DNA from: Podarcis bocagei
Lineage: Eukaryota
Reading direction: 5' to 3' (one strand)
Length of the DNA stretch: 64,000 nucleotides
NCBI GenBank assembly: GCA_964188305.1
Contig: OZ076898.1
The notes beneath the pieces are model-generated. The model saw only the letters and a program-made list of their open reading frames with translations. It did no database searches and was not told the DNA's origin. The stretch's first letter is position 1. Every line of letters begins with the position of its first letter. Shown piece by piece: positions 44,221-57,029 of this stretch. The position numbers and the translations under genes were made by a program.

Positions 44221-45156
44221 ATGGCCAACCAGTCTACAGTGACAGAATTTCTTCTGATGGGGTTTTCCAGTGACCCAGAAGAACAATTTTTTTACTTTGT
44301 GATATTTCTCTCCATTTATTTAATAGCCTTAGTGGGGAATTTTCTCATCATCATTGCTGTTGCCCTAAACCACAAGCTACACACTCCTATGTACTTCTTT
44401 TTGGTCAACCTATCATTATCAGACATTTGCTACATCTCTACCACAATCCCCAAATCCATAGCTGCTTCTTTGTTGGGTTACAAAAAGATTTCTTTTGCTG
44501 GCTGTGTCGCACAGGTTTTCTTAGTTTTCACTTTTGGAGGTTCTGAGCTTGCCTTGCTCACTATCATGGCTTATGATCGCTATGCTGCAATCTGCCATCC
44601 TCTACAGTATGAGCTAATCATGAACAGGGATGCCTGCATACAAATGGCAGCTGCTTCCTGGATAAGTAACCTAATTCATTCATCATTACATACCATTATC
44701 ACTTTCAGGCTACATTTCTGTGGGTCCAATATTATTGGGCAGTATTTCTGTGATATCCCTCAGTTGCTAAAGATTTCTTGTACTGACACAAAGGTTAATC
44801 AAATTTTGATTTTTGCCATAGGGATTATAGTAGCTTCATTTTGAAGAGGGTTCATATTTGTTTCCTATGGCTACATCTTTTCTGCAGTGTTGAGAATCTC
44901 TTCTGTTCAAGGTAGATATAAAGTTTTCTCTACCTGCATCCCCCACCTGACTGTCTTTTCTTTATTTATTAGCACAGATTTGTTTTCATATATGAGTCCT
45001 AAAGCACTTTCTTCTACAACGATGGATTTGCTCTCTGCTGTATTGTATACAGTTTTGCCACCACTACTGAATCCCATTATTTATAGCTTTAGGAACAAAG
45101 ACATCCAAGAGGCTGTACTGAAAATACCGAAAAGAATTAGAAGTCTCCTAGCATGA
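44221..45156 (+). pseudogene. OR14 'A'-type pseudogene with one premature stop (TGA 44842-44844)
   Basis: Same 936-nt length as 29412-30347; TGT GGA has become TGA AGA in TM5; the downstream frame is intact to the normal stop. Confidence 0.9.
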
Positions 45157-45872
45157 TTGCTCAAGTTGTGTCTCATACACATCACATTTCCTGTGCATTG
45201 TATAAGAATGCAAATGTCCATGAAAAATTGCATAAAAATGCATTATTTGCATAACATTGCAAATAGATGGGTATTGGGCAAATTTGCATATAAAATGTGC
45301 CTATTAGAATCGTTTCACACAGAACAACTTTCATTTTCATTAGGACTTTAAGGACTTTAGGAGTTTTCATTAGGACTTTAAAAAACGATGCCAATATGTA
45401 AATGTGAGGAACTGGATCTAATGCTGATCTTCCCAACCTGCTAAATTGGGTTTCTTTTTGAGTGGAGGTGTTAGAAGGGAGGAAGGGTAGAATAAGTCTT
45501 TGCAGAAGTAATGAGGTCTCTAAACCACATTTGCATCTGATACTGATACCCTCAGTTTCTCGCATAACTGTGGCCCCTCCTCCTTCACTGTTTTAGTGGT
45601 GTGTTATTCTAGCACCATACTGACTAGTCATGCATGTACAGGTGCAGGATGAATTTTACTGGTATTTCTTTTTTTAAAGAGCTATGTCAGCTCAGTTCAG
45701 TGAGACTCAGAATACTCAATGTGTTGATTATTAGTAGTATTAATTGTTGTTTTGAGTCTGTATAACACACAAACACAGAGACAAGTTTTCTTTGGTTGCT
45801 TTATGTTGGCTTGAGGTTTAGGTGCAAGTTGTGATGGTCTTTTACCTAGGATTCTTGGTACAGGATTCCTGT

Positions 45873-46138
45873 GTAGGTTCATTTTGTGGAGGGTTCATCT
45901 TTGTTTCCTATGGCTACATCTTCTCTGCTGTGCTGAGAATCCCTTCTGTTCAAGGCAGATATAAAGTTTTCTCTACCTGCATCCCCCACCTGACTGTCTT
46001 TATTTATAAGCACAGCTGTGTTTTAATACATGAGACCTAAAACGCTTTCTTCCACAACAATGGATTTGCTCTCTGCTGTATTGTAAAATGTTTTGCCACC
46101 ACTACTGAATCCCATTATTTATAGCTTTAGGAACAAAG
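45873..46138 (+). pseudogene. OR14 'A'-type 3' fragment (TM5-TM7)
   Basis: Aligns to about 30021-30291, with a 5-bp deletion near 46000 and TAA stops near 46024 and 46084. Confidence 0.85.
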
Positions 46139-46845
46139 TGTTAGATGTCAGAACACACAAATTTAGTAATAGTCACTTATTGTGTAGGTTGAAGGATTGC
46201 TGTTCTTCATTGCTTCCACACACAACAAATGGATTATATTTTATCATATTTAAAGCTACAGGTAGATATATTGCTCATTTCCAAGGAATATCTTTTAAAA
46301 TTCAATTGCTTCCTGTTTGAGAGTCACTGCTTTTAATTATAATTCCTGTAAATTCTACTGGGAATATGCTATAGTGTGGACTAAATATTCATCTAATAAA
46401 GCTAGATAGATACATAATAGATAGATGGATGGATAGATAAATAGATTATAATGAAGTTCTTGCTCAGATTATGTACTTCCCCTGGCTTCTGCAATAAAGT
46501 TTCCAAATGCAATAATGCTCACAAAAATAACATTTTGGGTGGAAATTCATGGCAAAGAATTGAAAAATGTGTATTTTACAGGAGCAAGGTGTATAGAAAG
46601 TGTACAAAATGGATAAAATTTAGATGCAAATATTTTGTTCATTTTTTTTTAAAAAAAAGGTCAGCACAAAAAGAGGATGGACTTGACTGAACGGTGTATT
46701 TAGTTTTAAAAATGAAAACTGAAATGACTGCACCCTCACTCATTTAAAGGTAAAAGTAATAATACTCAACCAAAAGTACATATTTTTCACAAGTTTTATA
46801 TTTGCTTTCATTTTTCACCTCCATTTTTATGCACTCTATCTAGAA

Positions 46846-47200
46846 TTTGGCAGCGGCGATACCAGGGTTCCCCGTTAAAGGGGTTTCTGAAGGGAGGCTT
46901 TGACCGTACGCTGAAAGGTCGTCATTGCTCTCCCCTGCGGCGGTGGCGTAATGGGGGCGGCTATCTCTGCTTGAACATATGCTCTCCAGAGCCGGCCCAT
47001 CCCCCACACAAACACTGGATAACCCTGAAGCTCCCTAGGTCCTCGGCTGGGGACTGGGGAGGGAGAACGCCCAATGCCTGAGCCAAGGTCTACCCACATT
47101 TGAAATTTAATAAAGTTGTGGCCAATTTAATCCCATAGCACGTTGTCTTGAGTAGTTATTCCACATGACGGGACCTGGAGACTCCGCCTGTCCACGCAAA
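46846..47200 (+). mobile_element. GC-rich repeat, possibly a DIRS/Ngaro-type terminal repeat
   Basis: Sharp GC-rich insert. AATAAAGTTGTGGCC resembles AATAAAGTTTTGCCC at the 3' end of the element at 36810. Confidence 0.4.
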
Positions 47201-48066
47201 GAGTGGCAACAAGAGATAAAATTCTAGGCTCTATTATCAAAGAAAATGTTAATAATAGAACGTTGTAAGGTAAATAAATCTGATTTTCACCAGATTTTGC
47301 TCTATTTTGCTTCTGAAAAGGAATTCAAGATGCAAACTAAAATTGAATTCTATTCCACAGAGAACAAATCTTTAACAGTGTTTATACTCCTATTGACTGT
47401 ACAATCACTGTGTTTCCAGTGTTAGTTTTTAATTCATTTTTTTATATATAAATTTTTATTGGTTTTACAAATTTTTTAGAACAATACAAACATATAAAAA
47501 GACATACAAACATGTATAGTTTCATGACCTTTTTTTCATAAACCTTGTTTCTCAGATTCCCCCATACCTCCCCTTTCTGCATCCCAATGTCCGTTAGTTT
47601 TTAATTCAGGTACTTAGAATGTTATCCAAAATGCATATGTATTCTGTACCTCTGAAATAAAATATGGGTGTTCAACGTATTGCTGCATGCCACCCAAATT
47701 TCTGAGTGGTGCGAGATTCCAAGGGTTCCAGTTGGTTACCCAGGGTTTTTGTTTCCTTTGGAATGAGGTACAGTAGAGACTGTGGTGTCTTTAGGATATA
47801 TGGTTTATTTACACATATATACAACCTGAGCCTACATTGTAGGGTTCACAGCACCTCAAGACACTCTTGCTTCTCTCATAGCTGCAGCTTAGAATATAAA
47901 CAGCAACTGTCTGTGTTTCCAGCTTCCCAGCCTGCTGCTTCCAGTTTTTAGCTCACATCACTCCACCTTCAACTCTTGCCATTGTATTCCTAACTACCAG
48001 AAAGTTGAAGAAGGGGCCCTACCCATTTGTTGACTGGCAGAGAGCCACTCCCTTTTTGTTACCTTA

Positions 48067-48247
48067 CTCCTAGCATGATTGCTCATGTTGTGTCTCACAT
48101 ACATCACAATATTTTGTGCAAATTTCTAGTGCCCACTCATCTCCTGCTGTTCAGAATGTGTTCTGTTAAACATTGAATAAAAATGCATCTAACATTAAAA
48201 TTAGTAATAGTGCTTCGTGAAACGATGTTTATTGGGTCTATGGCAAC
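48067..48247 (+). pseudogene. Orphan OR14 'A' stop codon and 3' flank remnant
   Basis: CTCCTAGCATGATTGCTC matches 45145-45162; the rest matches 30570-30728. Confidence 0.7.
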
Positions 48248-48586
48248 TGTAGACTGGATAGCTCAGTGGCTGGAGGAGGGTGCAGATAATGCCAAGTTTG
48301 CAGGTTCTATTCCCACAGTGGGCAGCAGCATATCCCTACATTGTAAGGGGTTCAACCAGAAGATTAGCTCATGTAGACTGGCTAGCTCAGTGGTTAGAAC
48401 AGTGTGCTGATAATGCCAAGTTTGCAGGTTCATCTCCTGCTTGGGGCAACAACATAATCCCACACTGCAGGGGGTTGGACTAGATGAACTTCATGTGGCT
48501 GGGATAGTTCAGTGGTTAGAGTGTGATGCTGATAATACCAAGGTGTGGGCTTCCTGATCCCCATATGGGACAACTCCATACTTCTG
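48248..48586 (+). mobile_element. Tandem trimer of a tRNA(Ile)-like SINE with CR1-like tail
   Basis: Units start at 48248, 48372 and 48494: TAGCTCAGTGG...GCTGATAATGCCAAGTTTGCAGGTTC...TGCAGGGGGTTGGACTAGATG. Confidence 0.75.
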
Positions 48587-48740
48587 AGTTACATGCCTTC
48601 TTACGCACACCGTGTTTGTTCCCATGGTCTGTAATCAATGATGGCCTAATGAATTATTATGCGTAACACCCATTATGAGTTGCTATGAATGATGGCATGT
48701 TTGGCCAATTGATGAATGAAGCTTTAGACCATGTTTATCG

Positions 48741-48953
48741 TTAATAACTTAATTTGTTCTGGAGGTCTGTTCTTAACCTGAAACTGTTCTTAACCTGAGG
48801 TACCACTTTAGCTAATGGGGCCTCCTGCTGCCACTGCACTGCCGCCGCTGGATTTCTGTTCTCATCCTGAGGTAAAGTACTACTTCCGGGTTAGCGGAGT
48901 GTGTAACCTGAGGTGTCTGTAACCCGAGGTGTCGGTAACCCGGGGTACCACAG
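48741..48953. mobile_element. Third copy of the 12105-type MITE, left TIR missing
   Basis: Aligns to 12120-12346; ends GGTACCACAG|TA. Confidence 0.85.
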
Positions 48954-48995
48954 TATCTCACTGGGCATCCTTTACCTAAAATAAATTAAATTCAA

Positions 48996-49230
48996 ATGAC
49001 AACACTTTTGTTTGTAATTTTATATCCAAACTCGAATTTATTTATATATGTAACAACAGCAACTAGAACTTTATATGCAGAGAAGTGGAAAGAAGAAGGA
49101 TTACCAAGGAAGGAGGATTGGCTTATGAAACTGATAGACTATGATGAAATGGTGAAATTAACTGCCAGACTAAGATGACAGAATGACGAAGTGTTTAAGG
49201 ACGAATGGAGACCAATCATGGATTATTTGT
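48996..49230 (+). mobile_element. L1 ORF2 C-terminal fragment
   Basis: LFIYVTTATRTLYAEKWK...LIDYDEMVKLTARLR parallels FFMYATTAARILIAKYWK...LIDYMELAEMTAKIR of the L1 at 33827. Confidence 0.75.
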
Positions 49231-50388
49231 CTATGCTGGTAAATGTTTTTGGATATTTTTGGACACACACACACACATGTACGTAAGCTCTAATGCACAT
49301 GATGGAAGAGCACACTTCATATGAAGGGGTACTTAAGGTCCTTCAGCTGAACACGTATGGAAGCTCAAAATAGAAGTTCATGATCAGAAATAATTTGCCT
49401 GTGATGCAAACAAATGAGGTGGGAGTGCAATTAAAAAAGTTGTGATGTTATACCAAATTTAGGTATGCACTACAATCCCTAGATACTAGAAGTCAATTTT
49501 TGGAGCCTTTTTCATCTTTCTTTTATCTCCTGCTGTTTTCTTTCCTATAGTTCAGAATCAATGGAAAAACAAAAGGGCTAAATAAATTCTTGGTGTAAAA
49601 TCTTGTGCCTCATTGTGCATCCTTCAGCAAACATGAATTAATTCAAATTGCACCAACATGGGAAAAGCACAAACTTCTCTAGAGCAAGGATTCTCAAGAG
49701 ATTTTGCAATGGTGTCTTTGTTATCATATCTGAAAACAACTAAATCCATGAACTGGGGAATGTAACATGCTGATATTATATCAATGTGCATGTTTTAGAT
49801 TTCTGTTGTCCATGAAACATTGCCACTTCTTTTACTTTACACATTGTATACATTTCAGTGGTAGAAATGAATGAATGAGATAACCTTAGCATACAAGGAT
49901 TGGGTGAAAATACTCTGATGTGATATCACTCTTCTCCTGATCATCTTCCTTTTCACATATATTGAGGAGTATCTGGGGCAGAACTGGACTGGCTAGTTGA
50001 GTCTTTCTCCTCCTCAGCTCCCTTTGTGTCCTTCACTTTCTAGACTAATCCAACAGCTGCTTATGTATGTTAAAGGAACTAGTAGGGAAATGGACAACAT
50101 TTGTTTTGCACAGCATCATGGGACTAGTATGTTCTCCCAAGAGAGATCCTGAAATAGCACAGAAAAGGAGGATGACATCACCTCCTCCTGGCAACCCATG
50201 TACCTTCAAATAAATATCCCCGTCAAGCACATTGGCACTCTAATCTTCTGAGAGAAACAGCGGTGAGTATAATCTTTATTGATCATCTTAAAGAAAGAGA
50301 AGGGATTCAAGAGAAGGGATTAAAGAAAGAGAAGGGATTCAAGTATAGCCATTTTTTGGTGTTTCCATGGGCCATGTTTCTAGAAATA

Positions 50389-50577
50389 CAGTGGTACCTC
50401 CGGTTACGAACGTGATCAATTATGGAGGCCCAGCCATATCCCAAAGATTTTGTACCCAGAGGACTGCTTCTGTGCACACACACACACCGCTGCAGAGCAC
50501 TTCTGCACACGTATGAGCGGCAAACCTACTCACAGGTTTGCTGCGTTCACAGCCCAAACATTATGTTGCCTGAAGGT
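50389..50577. mobile_element. Truncated Tigger/pogo-like MITE
   Basis: TA|CAGTGGTACCTCCGGTTACGAAC; absent from the paralog at about 38920. Confidence 0.7.
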
Positions 50578-50798
50578 CTGACAATTTTTTAATTGCCATA
50601 TACTTGAGGAAAGCTTCCATTTCCATGGTTTACATTACTAAAGTATTTAGTAAGAAATAGACAAGCCTCACTGAGAATACACATAATACAATATTTTCCA
50701 AATTTCAACTCTGATTTCATTTTTTTGTTTTATATGAAATTTCAAATCAACTTTCTGGAATGGTGGTTCCTTTACCCCGTCTAGTTATTTCAGTGTGA

Positions 50799-50799
<1 letters not shown>

Positions 50800-50850
<51 letters not shown>
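50800..50850. repeat. (TC)n microsatellite
   Basis: Direct reading. Confidence 0.95.
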
Positions 50851-50855
<5 letters not shown>

Positions 50856-51244
50856 AATGTTACATATTTCATAAAATGATTTATGTACATTTGATGGTAC
50901 ACTGGAAGATTTCTGTAAAAACTGCACTGTTTGCATCATATGACATATGGCTTATAAAGTATATGTATGCCCCCAGTCTCTGTTGCCTTTCGCCCATTCT
51001 TTGAGGGTGGATAAATCATAATAGCTGAAAACATGTGAGTGCACATACTATCCCCATTAGGCTTCATGTCATATCAGGATGAAAGAATACATCAACAATT
51101 GATAGTGTGCATACTTGGTTGTTGATGTGGCTAGATGTGTAGTTGTGAACTAGCGCAATATCTAAAATGATATTAAAAAAACACAGAATGTCGAAAAATT
51201 TGTAAGCTCCACTAACTCACAACTATTTAACTTCTATCTGCAGA

Positions 51245-52198
51245 ATGACGGAAATGAGAGAAATGGCTAACCAATCTACTCCAACAGAGTTCCTTCTGAT
51301 GGGTTTTTCCGAAACCCGTGATATGCAGATTTTGCATTCTGCAATATTTCTCTTCATTTACTTAACAGCCTTATTAGGAAATTCTCTCATCATCACAGCT
51401 GTGGCCCTAGACCACCACCTTCACAGCCCGATGTACTTCTTTTTAACCAACCTGTCATTGTTTGATGTTTGCTCCATCTCCACTACTGTGCCCAAGTCCA
51501 TCGCCATTTCATTGACAAACAACAACATGATTTCTTTTGCGGGATGTGTCACACAGGTCTTCTTAGTGGTCACATTTGTTGGTGGCGAGCTTGCCTTGCT
51601 CACTGTTATGGCTTATGACCGTTACGTAGCAATCTGCCGTCCACTGCAATATACCTTAATCATGAATCGGGATGCCTGTATCCAATTGGCAGCTACTTGC
51701 TGGATAGGCAGCCTGATCCATGCTGTACTGGAAACCAGTTTTACTTTCATACTAAATTTCTGTGGAACCAATATGATTGAGCAATATTTTTGTGACATTC
51801 CTCAATTGCAAAAGATTTCTTGCAGTGATACAAAAGTGAATCAAATTCTTATTTTTGTCTTTGGGTTTATTCCGGACTCTTTCTTTTTTACCTTCATCTT
51901 TACTTCCTATGGCTACATATTTTCTGCTGTGCTGAGGATCCCATCAGTCCAAGGCAGATATAAAGCTTTCTCTACCTGCACTCCTCACCTGACTGTCTTT
52001 TCTTTATTCATCACCACAGGTGTGTTTTCATACATGAGGCCAAAAGCACTTTCTTCCCCCACTGTGGACTTGGTTGCGGCTGTATTATATACAGTTTTGC
52101 CACCAGTTCTTAATCCCATAATTTATAGTCTCAGGAACAAGGACATCCAACTGGCGGTGTGGAAAATACCCAGAAAACTGAAACATCACATTGCATGA
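51245..52198 (+). CDS. Olfactory receptor, family 14-like ('B2'), 317 aa
   Basis: Close paralog of 39823-40776 with a full set of OR motifs. Confidence 0.95.
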   Translation: MTEMREMANQSTPTEFLLMGFSETRDMQILHSAIFLFIYLTALLGNSLIITAVALDHHLHSPMYFFLTNLSLFDVCSISTTVPKSIAISLTNNNMISFAGCVTQVFLVVTFVGGELALLTVMAYDRYVAICRPLQYTLIMNRDACIQLAATCWIGSLIHAVLETSFTFILNFCGTNMIEQYFCDIPQLQKISCSDTKVNQILIFVFGFIPDSFFFTFIFTSYGYIFSAVLRIPSVQGRYKAFSTCTPHLTVFSLFITTGVFSYMRPKALSSPTVDLVAAVLYTVLPPVLNPIIYSLRNKDIQLAVWKIPRKLKHHIA

Positions 52199-53860
52199 TT
52201 CATCATTTCCAGATATTTGAAAAACATGGAGAAACTAAATGTTCATATTAGGTATATTCCCTTCTGCTTAAAATAGGACCCGTCTCATTTTTATTTATTT
52301 ATCACACTCCTAGGCTCTTTGTCATATTAATGGATTAAGTGATAATGACTACATGAATGTTGCATTTCTTTTGTTGTATTTCAGAATTCCTTTTCTGAAA
52401 GGTTTTTGGAGAAATGTTTTGGATGTATGTTGGAGGCAAGTGATACATCTTGTTTCTGTGGTTAAAAACAGTCATGTTCATTACCATTTCCAAAAATCTG
52501 AAGGACCATCTAACTTGGCTTCTGCTTCAGGGCGTTTGTGATTTATATTAGCAAACAATCACATGGATGTCACATTCCCACTAAATATGAGTTTATTTGA
52601 CAACATTAATGATTATTTCATATGTTTCGTAGAAATTTGAATCTTGCATCCCCTGGCATTTGTACAATGGGATTCCACAGGATACTGGTCTTTCCTCAGT
52701 GCTATTTAATGCAAGCTGTTTGGTGTGGTCGTTAGGAGTTTTGAAACAAGGTGTCACCCATTCACTGATTATACACAGCTCTACTTCTCTATAACATCTG
52801 ACTCAGAAGGGACAGTGAAAGCATTGGATCAGTGTCTGGATGCTGTAATAAACATTCAGAAAGCAGTGTAACTAATACCTTCAGAATTAAAAAGCTTCAT
52901 TGCCTAATTGAACACATCAACATTCTCATAAACATTATGTTGGGAAGGACTTAATAAGTGACTGAGTTTGATATTTTTTGGGGAAACCTCATACTGAGCA
53001 AGCCCAGTCTCAGCTATTCTGGTGTAAACCACATTAGATGCAAAGTCCATTCAGAATCTGTGCTACTGCTGCTTAAGACAGGCAGAGCAAAACTTGTTTT
53101 TGTCTCACATGATCTTTTCCCCCCTACTAAACTTATATCAAATTTCCAGGTAACATGATCCAGATGACCATGGCTAGGCTCCATCCTAAGTCCTACATCT
53201 GTTGTCCAGCTATGGTCCCAGAACACCCCTTTTTGAGGCTTTATGTTGGTTTATGATTCGCCATTCTCAGCTCAGATTACCATACCTGGTCCCAGCTCAG
53301 CCAGAATGGTAGGGATAAGCCAGTATTCTTCTGGCACAGCAGGTGATGGGTAGTCATGCTGGCATGGTTTAGTTGCATAAGGAACCTCTTGTCTCAATTG
53401 CAGGTTCTAACCCTAGTCATCCAAGTGGATCTTGCTATAAGTTTGCTCATTAAACTGGCTACAATCTAGAATTTCTGGTGGGGAGATCAGTCACACAATA
53501 CTTAGGTAGCCTGTAGAATTCACTGGATGTGGTGATGGCCACCAATTTAGAAGGTCTTAAAATGGAAATGGAAATTAGAATTAATGCTGGAGAATGAGAT
53601 TATCAATGACTGTCATGCTCAATACTCATCAATGGCTATCATTATGCTACATTTAGGTTTAAAGACACTGTTCTGCTGAATTGTTTGTGTTAAATGTTTC
53701 AAATGTATTCATTGGCAATAGAGCCCAGGTTCCTTCAATAAAGAGGTTGAATTATGGTATATTTATGATAAATAATATGTTTACCTTGATTCTTGTGTCT
53801 TATTTTGCTTTAACAGTCAGGAATATTATTTCTGTATTGAATTCAAGGAAACTCAAGGAA

Positions 53861-53902
53861 ATATATTATATTATATTATATTATATTATATTATATTATA
53901 TT
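53861..53902. repeat. (ATATT)n microsatellite
   Basis: Direct reading. Confidence 0.9.
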
Positions 53903-56164
53903 AAATACAATAAAATATGTAAACATAAACACAAGCAAACAAGTCTTTTGATAAAGAGCTCCAGGCAATCCTGTTTCTTTGAAAAACCTATCATCCAGAA
54001 TTCACAATACAATATAATACAATATAAGCTATGATGATGAACTCTATTTTATAAAGCTTCAAAAGTGATCTTGACACATTGATAAATAGATGCCAATTTA
54101 TTAAGGGATCACAATCAGAATAGATATAGAGGAGTAATATACGGTACTTTTTAATAACCAGATTGGTGGGGAGTCTCAATAGGATAGGGCTATTGATTGA
54201 TGACTTGCTTTTGAATTCATCAGCTGTATTTAGTAGGGCTGTGCAACTGTTAAATTATTCTAAAAGGTCACTGGCAACATATTGGAGGATGCCAGAGTGT
54301 ATTATAATTCTAAGAATAGTCATTTGATAGTAGAGAGCAGAATATTGCTGGAAGAATACTGAAACTAATTGGACTAGTTTATTTTTTCTAGCCAATTCAT
54401 TTATTGTAAAGAACAATAAAAGGAGCAGAGCCTGAAAAATGAGAGTTTGTGTGTATTTAATTGAAAGCTGCTTTAGAAGCCAGTATTAAATAAATTGATT
54501 CATTTTAGAACAGGGTTCCTCAATTCTGTTGTGCAGACCACTAGTTGTCTGTGAGCTTCATTGAAGTACTCCAAAGTGTTTCTGAGAAGAATGCTTGTCA
54601 TCTGAATTCTATGGCACTGAAAATGCAATATAATAGAATGCAAGATAAGAAATAAAAGAAATAAAAATACAATTAAAAACATACAGCATTTACCACAGCA
54701 CATTACAATTGCTATAAGAGCATTGGGGGGGGGGGGTTGTCTACCAAGACCTACACACATTTTCAAGTGTTTTATGGAGAATAAACTTTGAGAACAACTG
54801 CTTATAATTGGAAGTACCCCTCGAAATCAGATTGGTCCAGAATACTTATTGCTTGATCAGTGGAGGAGTGGAGCAGAATCAAAATAGTTTTGGAAAAAGA
54901 GAAGAAAAGATGGTGGCAAGCCAGAAAAAGACCATACTTCCTTCCCTGGCCAAGATGGAGCCCCATGGGGAGGACACTCAATGGGTGGAGTTTTCCACTG
55001 CCTTCCAGCCAGTACCTGGCAATGAAACCAAACAACAAGCCCTTTGGGAAGGAGGTGTGAGGGCTCTGACAGGGCCCTAGAATCCACCCTCCTTTTCCCC
55101 AAACCCTAGTAAGTGCTTACTGGGCTTTGAGAAGGAGTCCTCACATCTTCTTCCCTGGTCAGGACTCTCCATGACCAAGTGAGAAGCTGTCATGGCTGAA
55201 GAGTTTTGCTGACCATCCTGGCATTTTTGTTGCACTTGGAGGCCATTGTTCAGGTTATTTGTTCAAGTTTGGTAGGAACTGTAAGTTAGCAGAAGCTTCC
55301 CTCCCCATTTGGCCGGCCAACACTAGTTATTTGCAAAAACTGTTTGAATCTGCCTCCAGGAGGAAGCATCCCTTGCCTCTATGATATACACTCCACTGAC
55401 TAGAAGGACATTTCACAGTAAGTCCAACTTGGTTTTCTCACAGCTGAGTTATTTAAGCTAAATAATTCTTAAAAATGAGAGTGAAATGGTTAAAGCTCCT
55501 AAGCATGATGTGAATGGCTTTTTAAAAAAGAAAAGATTACATCTTCTGCCTCTTTTGTTGAATTAGAGAAAGGATTGTAAATTAAGACATTGTAAATCTC
55601 CAAGGTACAACTCCATGATGCAAGTTATGGATCACCTTGGTGATTCACAACTTTATGACCACTATTGGGAGCAGAGATGAAACACTCTGCTGTTCAAAGC
55701 ACATGCTTCTGCAAATATAATTTAGTCTCAGGCATACATGCACTGCCATCTTCAAAGAGGATCAACTTCAGATTGAGGTGAGCATTTTAATAAATTATGT
55801 CCAGAATGAAATAAAGGTCTGATCAAAATTTAATGATGCTAAGAGTAGAGCCATTTAAAAAGAAATGGTTTTTGTTAGCCATGACTAATGACTGTCACAC
55901 TGATTGCAATAGATCTGCACTAAGCATGTCTAAGTCTGGTTACAACACTACAAGTTCAAGATTTCACTTCTAACAATAGTATAACATGTCTGAAACTTTA
56001 GTATTAATCTGATAATATTTCATCACTATCACGATAATGGATTTCTCAAGTTATCACCACTTTGCTGATAGGGAAAAAACGTAAAATTTGTTTGCATACT
56101 CCTGTTGAAGAATGATAACAGCACTGAATTGTATTTGTAACTTTCAGGAAAGGAAAATCACAAA

Positions 56165-56165
56165 T

Positions 56166-56192
<27 letters not shown>
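56165..56192. repeat. (AC)n microsatellite
   Basis: Direct reading. Confidence 0.9.
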
Positions 56193-56197
<5 letters not shown>

Positions 56198-57029
56198 AAG
56201 CTTTACATTTAATGTACACAATGTACGCAATTCTGATTTAGGATTTATTTTTTGCATAAGAAGCATTAAATAAATTCGCTTATAAGCATGTACCAACATT
56301 AGGCATAAATAGAGATTTTCATTGTAACATTAAAAACAATATATGGTGTGAGTGAGAACCTCTGGTCCTCTCATCACTCCAGTCAGGATGGTCGATGATC
56401 AGGGCTGATGGCACTTGCAGTTCAAAAAATTATAAATAGTCATAGCTTCTCCACCCCTGATATAGAGCACAATCCTTTGCAGGTTAACTCCTACACAAGC
56501 CTCTCTGTCTTCAATTCTGCTTACTACCAGGTAAATCTGCATAAGATTAGACCTTGGGCTGCAAACAAATGCATGTTTACTTGGGAGTAACTCCCACTGA
56601 AGTCAAAAGGATTGGGTTATATCTAAGCGCAGGTGTCGGCAAAGTTTTTGTGGCTTGGGTCGGTTCACAGTCCCACAGATGCCGCGGTGGGTCGGAGTGC
56701 AATTGTGAGAGTGCACACATGCATGCATGTGCAAACGCTATTTCCGGTGCGCCTTCTGGCATGGAGGAGGTGTGTGCAGCTTCCCATTGGCTGCAGGAGC
56801 TTCCTCAAGCCAATGGGAAGGCAGACAGCATCTCGAAAGGCGGTCCCAACTCTGCTCCGTGCCAGTTTAGCATGGCACACAGGAGCTGACTGAGCGGGCG
56901 GTCAGGGTCCATGGGCCGGTTAAATATATATTTATGTGGTGTTTGGGCCATATAGAGTTGCATCCTTCAAAAAAGGAATAAAAAGACTGCAAATAATTAC
57001 CTTTCATAAATGCAGAAAAAGACTGAGCA

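Noticed and set aside
44842-44844. Selenocysteine or programmed readthrough at the Cys-to-TGA codon
   Set aside because: No SECIS was recognised, the context is not TGA-CTA, and downstream changes (KVFSTC, YMSPK, TDLF) suggest decay.
44830-45876. Splice rescue of the pseudogene by joining to the downstream fragment at TGTGTAG|G
   Set aside because: The only nearby donor (ATA|GTAGCT) is weak and out of phase, and the fragment has a 5-bp deletion and two stops.
48248-48586. Functional tRNA-Ile gene cluster
   Set aside because: Acceptor stems and B-boxes are degenerate, and the heads run into LINE-like tails, so these are SINE-derived.
55300-56050. Possible OR cluster enhancer (TAAT-rich, TAATTTAGTCTCAGGCA near 55718)
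   Set aside because: Motif matches are weak and expected by chance in AT-rich DNA; cross-species conservation data would be needed.
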